Shown: one piece after another, positions 63,184 through 64,000 of the stretch
How the letters are laid out: the number at the start of each line of letters is the position of its first letter
How positions within the stretch are numbered: the first letter of the stretch is position 1
Notes under the pieces: generated by a model
Databases searched by the model: none
Told to the model about the DNA's origin: nothing
What the model saw: only the letters and a program-made list of their open reading frames with translations
From: Vicugna vicugna
Lineage: Eukaryota
Length of the DNA stretch: 64,000 nt
Direction: 5' to 3'
Assembly (NCBI GenBank): GCA_013265495.1
Contig: MU058221.1
Coordinates: 1,612,001-1,676,000 of the forward strand
Made by a program: the position numbers and the translations under genes

Positions 63184-64000
63184 GGGGACGGGACAGCAGA
63201 GGCCCAGCGCCGTTCCCCGCTCATGGGGGCGGTTACGTGCCGGGACGCTGAAGCCCTGATCTGGGGAGAAGGGGCGCTCCCTTCCAAGGCAATGCCCTTC
63301 CTCCTTGGAGAGCCCGCTGTTTCTTGTTGAAACTATACCCTCGGGGCAGAAAAACGCATCATTGTTGACAATTCACTTGGACCCGCGTCTCTGAGTCTCC
63401 GCAGCCTTAGGTGGACAAAGGCCAGCGGCCTGCACTGCTGTGAAAGGGGAAGGCTGGGCCCCGGAAGGAAGGCGCACTGCCTGTGAAGACATTTCCAACA
63501 TTAGCTGACTAGACTAGAATGTCTTGTGAGGGAAGGGGTCTTTTTTTTTCCATCGTCTCAGCAAGACCTACCACCCACTGTACCTGCCGGAGCCTGCCTG
63601 TGGATAACTTATTGGCTTCAAATTGTAAACTCCGTCAAAACTCCCATTAATCTCTCCCACCCAGTGGCCACTGCTATTTTGTGATTTTCCTTTGTGTCCC
63701 ATCTCTCAGCTTATAGTTGGCAGCAGAGTTGAAGCCAAAACTGATATTTGATACCAAATCCTTTGGCTAAAATGTTTTCCCCAGGTTACCAGATCAGAAG
63801 CGTAGTCAGGCTCCAAAAAAAAAAATTCAAAACCGCTTTTATGGAAGCTTCCTGACCTTCAGGGTTTCCTTTCAACTTAGTTTCAGAAGGATTTATGCTT
63901 CTGAGTTTCATCTTCCTGAATAAAAACAATTGCAAAGTAAGCAAGATCTGAACAGGGTATACAGCATTGAAAGACAAAGCAAAACAAACAGAAATTTGGA

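Noticed and set aside
1..64000. CRISPR arrays, operons, intact provirus or other novel multi-gene system
   Set aside because: No regularly spaced repeat-spacer array, no gene-dense coding structure and no gag/pol/env. The content fits mammalian non-coding DNA.

Overview
This is repeat-rich mammalian non-coding DNA (intergenic or deep intronic), most likely from a camelid. That inference rests on three tRNA-derived SINEs resembling the camelid Vic-1 family, artiodactyl-type L1 3' ends, and no Alu, B1, Bov-tA or PRE-1 seen. I found no credible host protein-coding gene, RNA gene or CRISPR array. The only recognisable protein-like ORFs are decayed LINE-1 ORF2 remnants. Much of the window is transposon-derived: about 11 ERV1-class solo LTRs or fragments, MaLR/ERVL LTRs, L1/HAL1, L2, MIR, MER58 and a Tigger2-type MITE. 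Several nested insertions have readable target-site duplications (TSDs). The best-supported curiosities are an LTR-in-LTR insertion whose empty site is preserved in a paralogous LTR 13 kb upstream, and a ~240-bp dispersed duplication whose second copy has strong splice sites. There are also several motif-rich stretches that could be enhancers. I do not see evidence for a genuinely new biological system. Repeat family names come from my memory of consensus sequences, not from a search, and most boundaries without a TSD are approximate.
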